Made by a program: the position numbers and the translations under genes. A stretch of DNA of 52,790 bases from assembly GCA_044351865.1 (NCBI GenBank), contig JBILEY010000001.1, positions 1-52,790 of the forward strand, written 5' to 3'. Position 1 is the first letter of the stretch, and each line of letters begins with the position of its first letter. Of this stretch, positions 52,088 to 52,790 are shown piece after piece. The DNA is from Planctomycetota bacterium. Its GTDB lineage: Bacteria > Planctomycetota > UBA1135 > UBA2386. Below the pieces are notes generated by a model. The model was not told where the DNA came from. It saw nothing but the letters and a program-made list of their open reading frames with translations, and did no database searches.

Positions 52088-52790
52088 ACGAGCAACCCGA
52101 ACACGGTGGCGCCGACTGGAGCGATCGGCTCGTCGACGCGGCCCTGCACGAACTGCACGGCCAGGCGCCGCCCGACTTGTCGGCGCGCGTGCTGCTGGCG
52201 CTGCAGGAAGCGCCCGCTGGGCCGCTGCCCTTGCTGCGCCGCACGCCGAAGCACGGCTCGTGGCGCGCGATCGCCGCGCTGCTGCTGGCGGCGTTGTGCC
52301 TCGGCACCCTCGGCGCGTGGGCGCTGCGCCGGCTCGCGCTCGGCGAAGCGACGGCACCGTCGGCGCCGTTCACCGTGCTCGAGGTCGCCGTCGTCACCGG
52401 CGAGCTCGCGTGCTACCCGCCGGCGCAGACGACGCCGTCGGCGGTGCTGGCGACCGCGGCGTCGGCGCCGCTGGTCGTGCAACCGGGCAGCCGCTTCCGC
52501 AGCCAGCGCGCGAGTGCATTCCGCCTCGGTGCGTTCGGCACGCTGGCGGTATCGAGAGACACCGAATTGGAGGTCGTGGACATGGGCATGGACAACAAGC
52601 AGGGCATCGTGATGGCCGCGTCGTTGACGCTCGCCGTCGTCGCCGGCACCGTCACCTGGCACACGCTGACGCGCACCGACGCGGCACAGGCCGGCGAGAC
52701 CGTGCGGCTCGAGGCGCCGCTGGCCGCCGGCGGGGCGGCCGCCGCCAGCGGCGACGTGGCGCAGCTGCGGCAGCGCAACCGCGAGCTCGA
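52084..52790 (+). CDS. Anti-sigma factor-like membrane protein with the beginning of a FecR-like domain; the 3' end lies outside the window
   Basis: The ATG overlaps the sigma factor stop (ATGA). The frame stays open to the window end, which is why it is absent from the ORF track. TM helix WRAIAALLLAALCLGTLGAWAL. VVQPGSRFRSQRASAFRLGAFGTLAVSRDTELEV resembles FecR. Confidence 0.7.
   Translation, partial: MNEQPEHGGADWSDRLVDAALHELHGQAPPDLSARVLLALQEAPAGPLPLLRRTPKHGSWRAIAALLLAALCLGTLGAWALRRLALGEATAPSAPFTVLEVAVVTGELACYPPAQTTPSAVLATAASAPLVVQPGSRFRSQRASAFRLGAFGTLAVSRDTELEVVDMGMDNKQGIVMAASLTLAVVAGTVTWHTLTRTDAAQAGETVRLEAPLAAGGAAAASGDVAQLRQRNREL

Overview
Very GC-rich bacterial chromosomal segment (roughly 70% GC by eye, not computed). 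The host is a diderm, since BamA, a TolC-like channel and many lipoboxes are present. The GC content puts long spurious ORFs in all six frames. I called 44 CDS from recognisable protein motifs, G/C-rich third codon positions, signal peptides or lipoboxes, and start/stop coupling. 4-nt ATGA/GTGA overlaps are frequent: 814, 5899, 6396, 15066, 20761, 23725, 35648, 36247, 37455, 40659 and 52084.

Content is mostly core housekeeping:
- Split acyl-CoA carboxylase (pccB; biotin carboxylase plus BCCP).
- PTS enzyme I.
- MacAB-TolC-type efflux operon.
- coaB, ftsK, dnaB, bamA, sthA.
- A Nudix-LOG-IMPase operon.
- A STAS/histidine kinase/response regulator cluster.

The last ~10 kb is more accessory-like, with exported hypotheticals, a ~1000-aa secreted metalloprotease, an isolated flagellin-like gene and an ECF sigma/anti-sigma pair. 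I saw no rRNA, tRNA, CRISPR array, transposase or integrase, and no recognisable defence genes.

Best leads:
1. A well-supported cobalamin riboswitch (about 10086-10270) controls an uncharacterised secreted protein.
2. A motorless FtsK paralogue (4TM plus gamma domains only) sits directly downstream of ftsK.
3. A protein made of four Myb/SANT (GcrA-N-like) repeats is translationally coupled to ptsI.
4. An orphan minimal flagellin lies next to an ECF/FecR pair and a giant protease.

None of these is proven. All product calls rest on motif recognition by eye, not on database searches.
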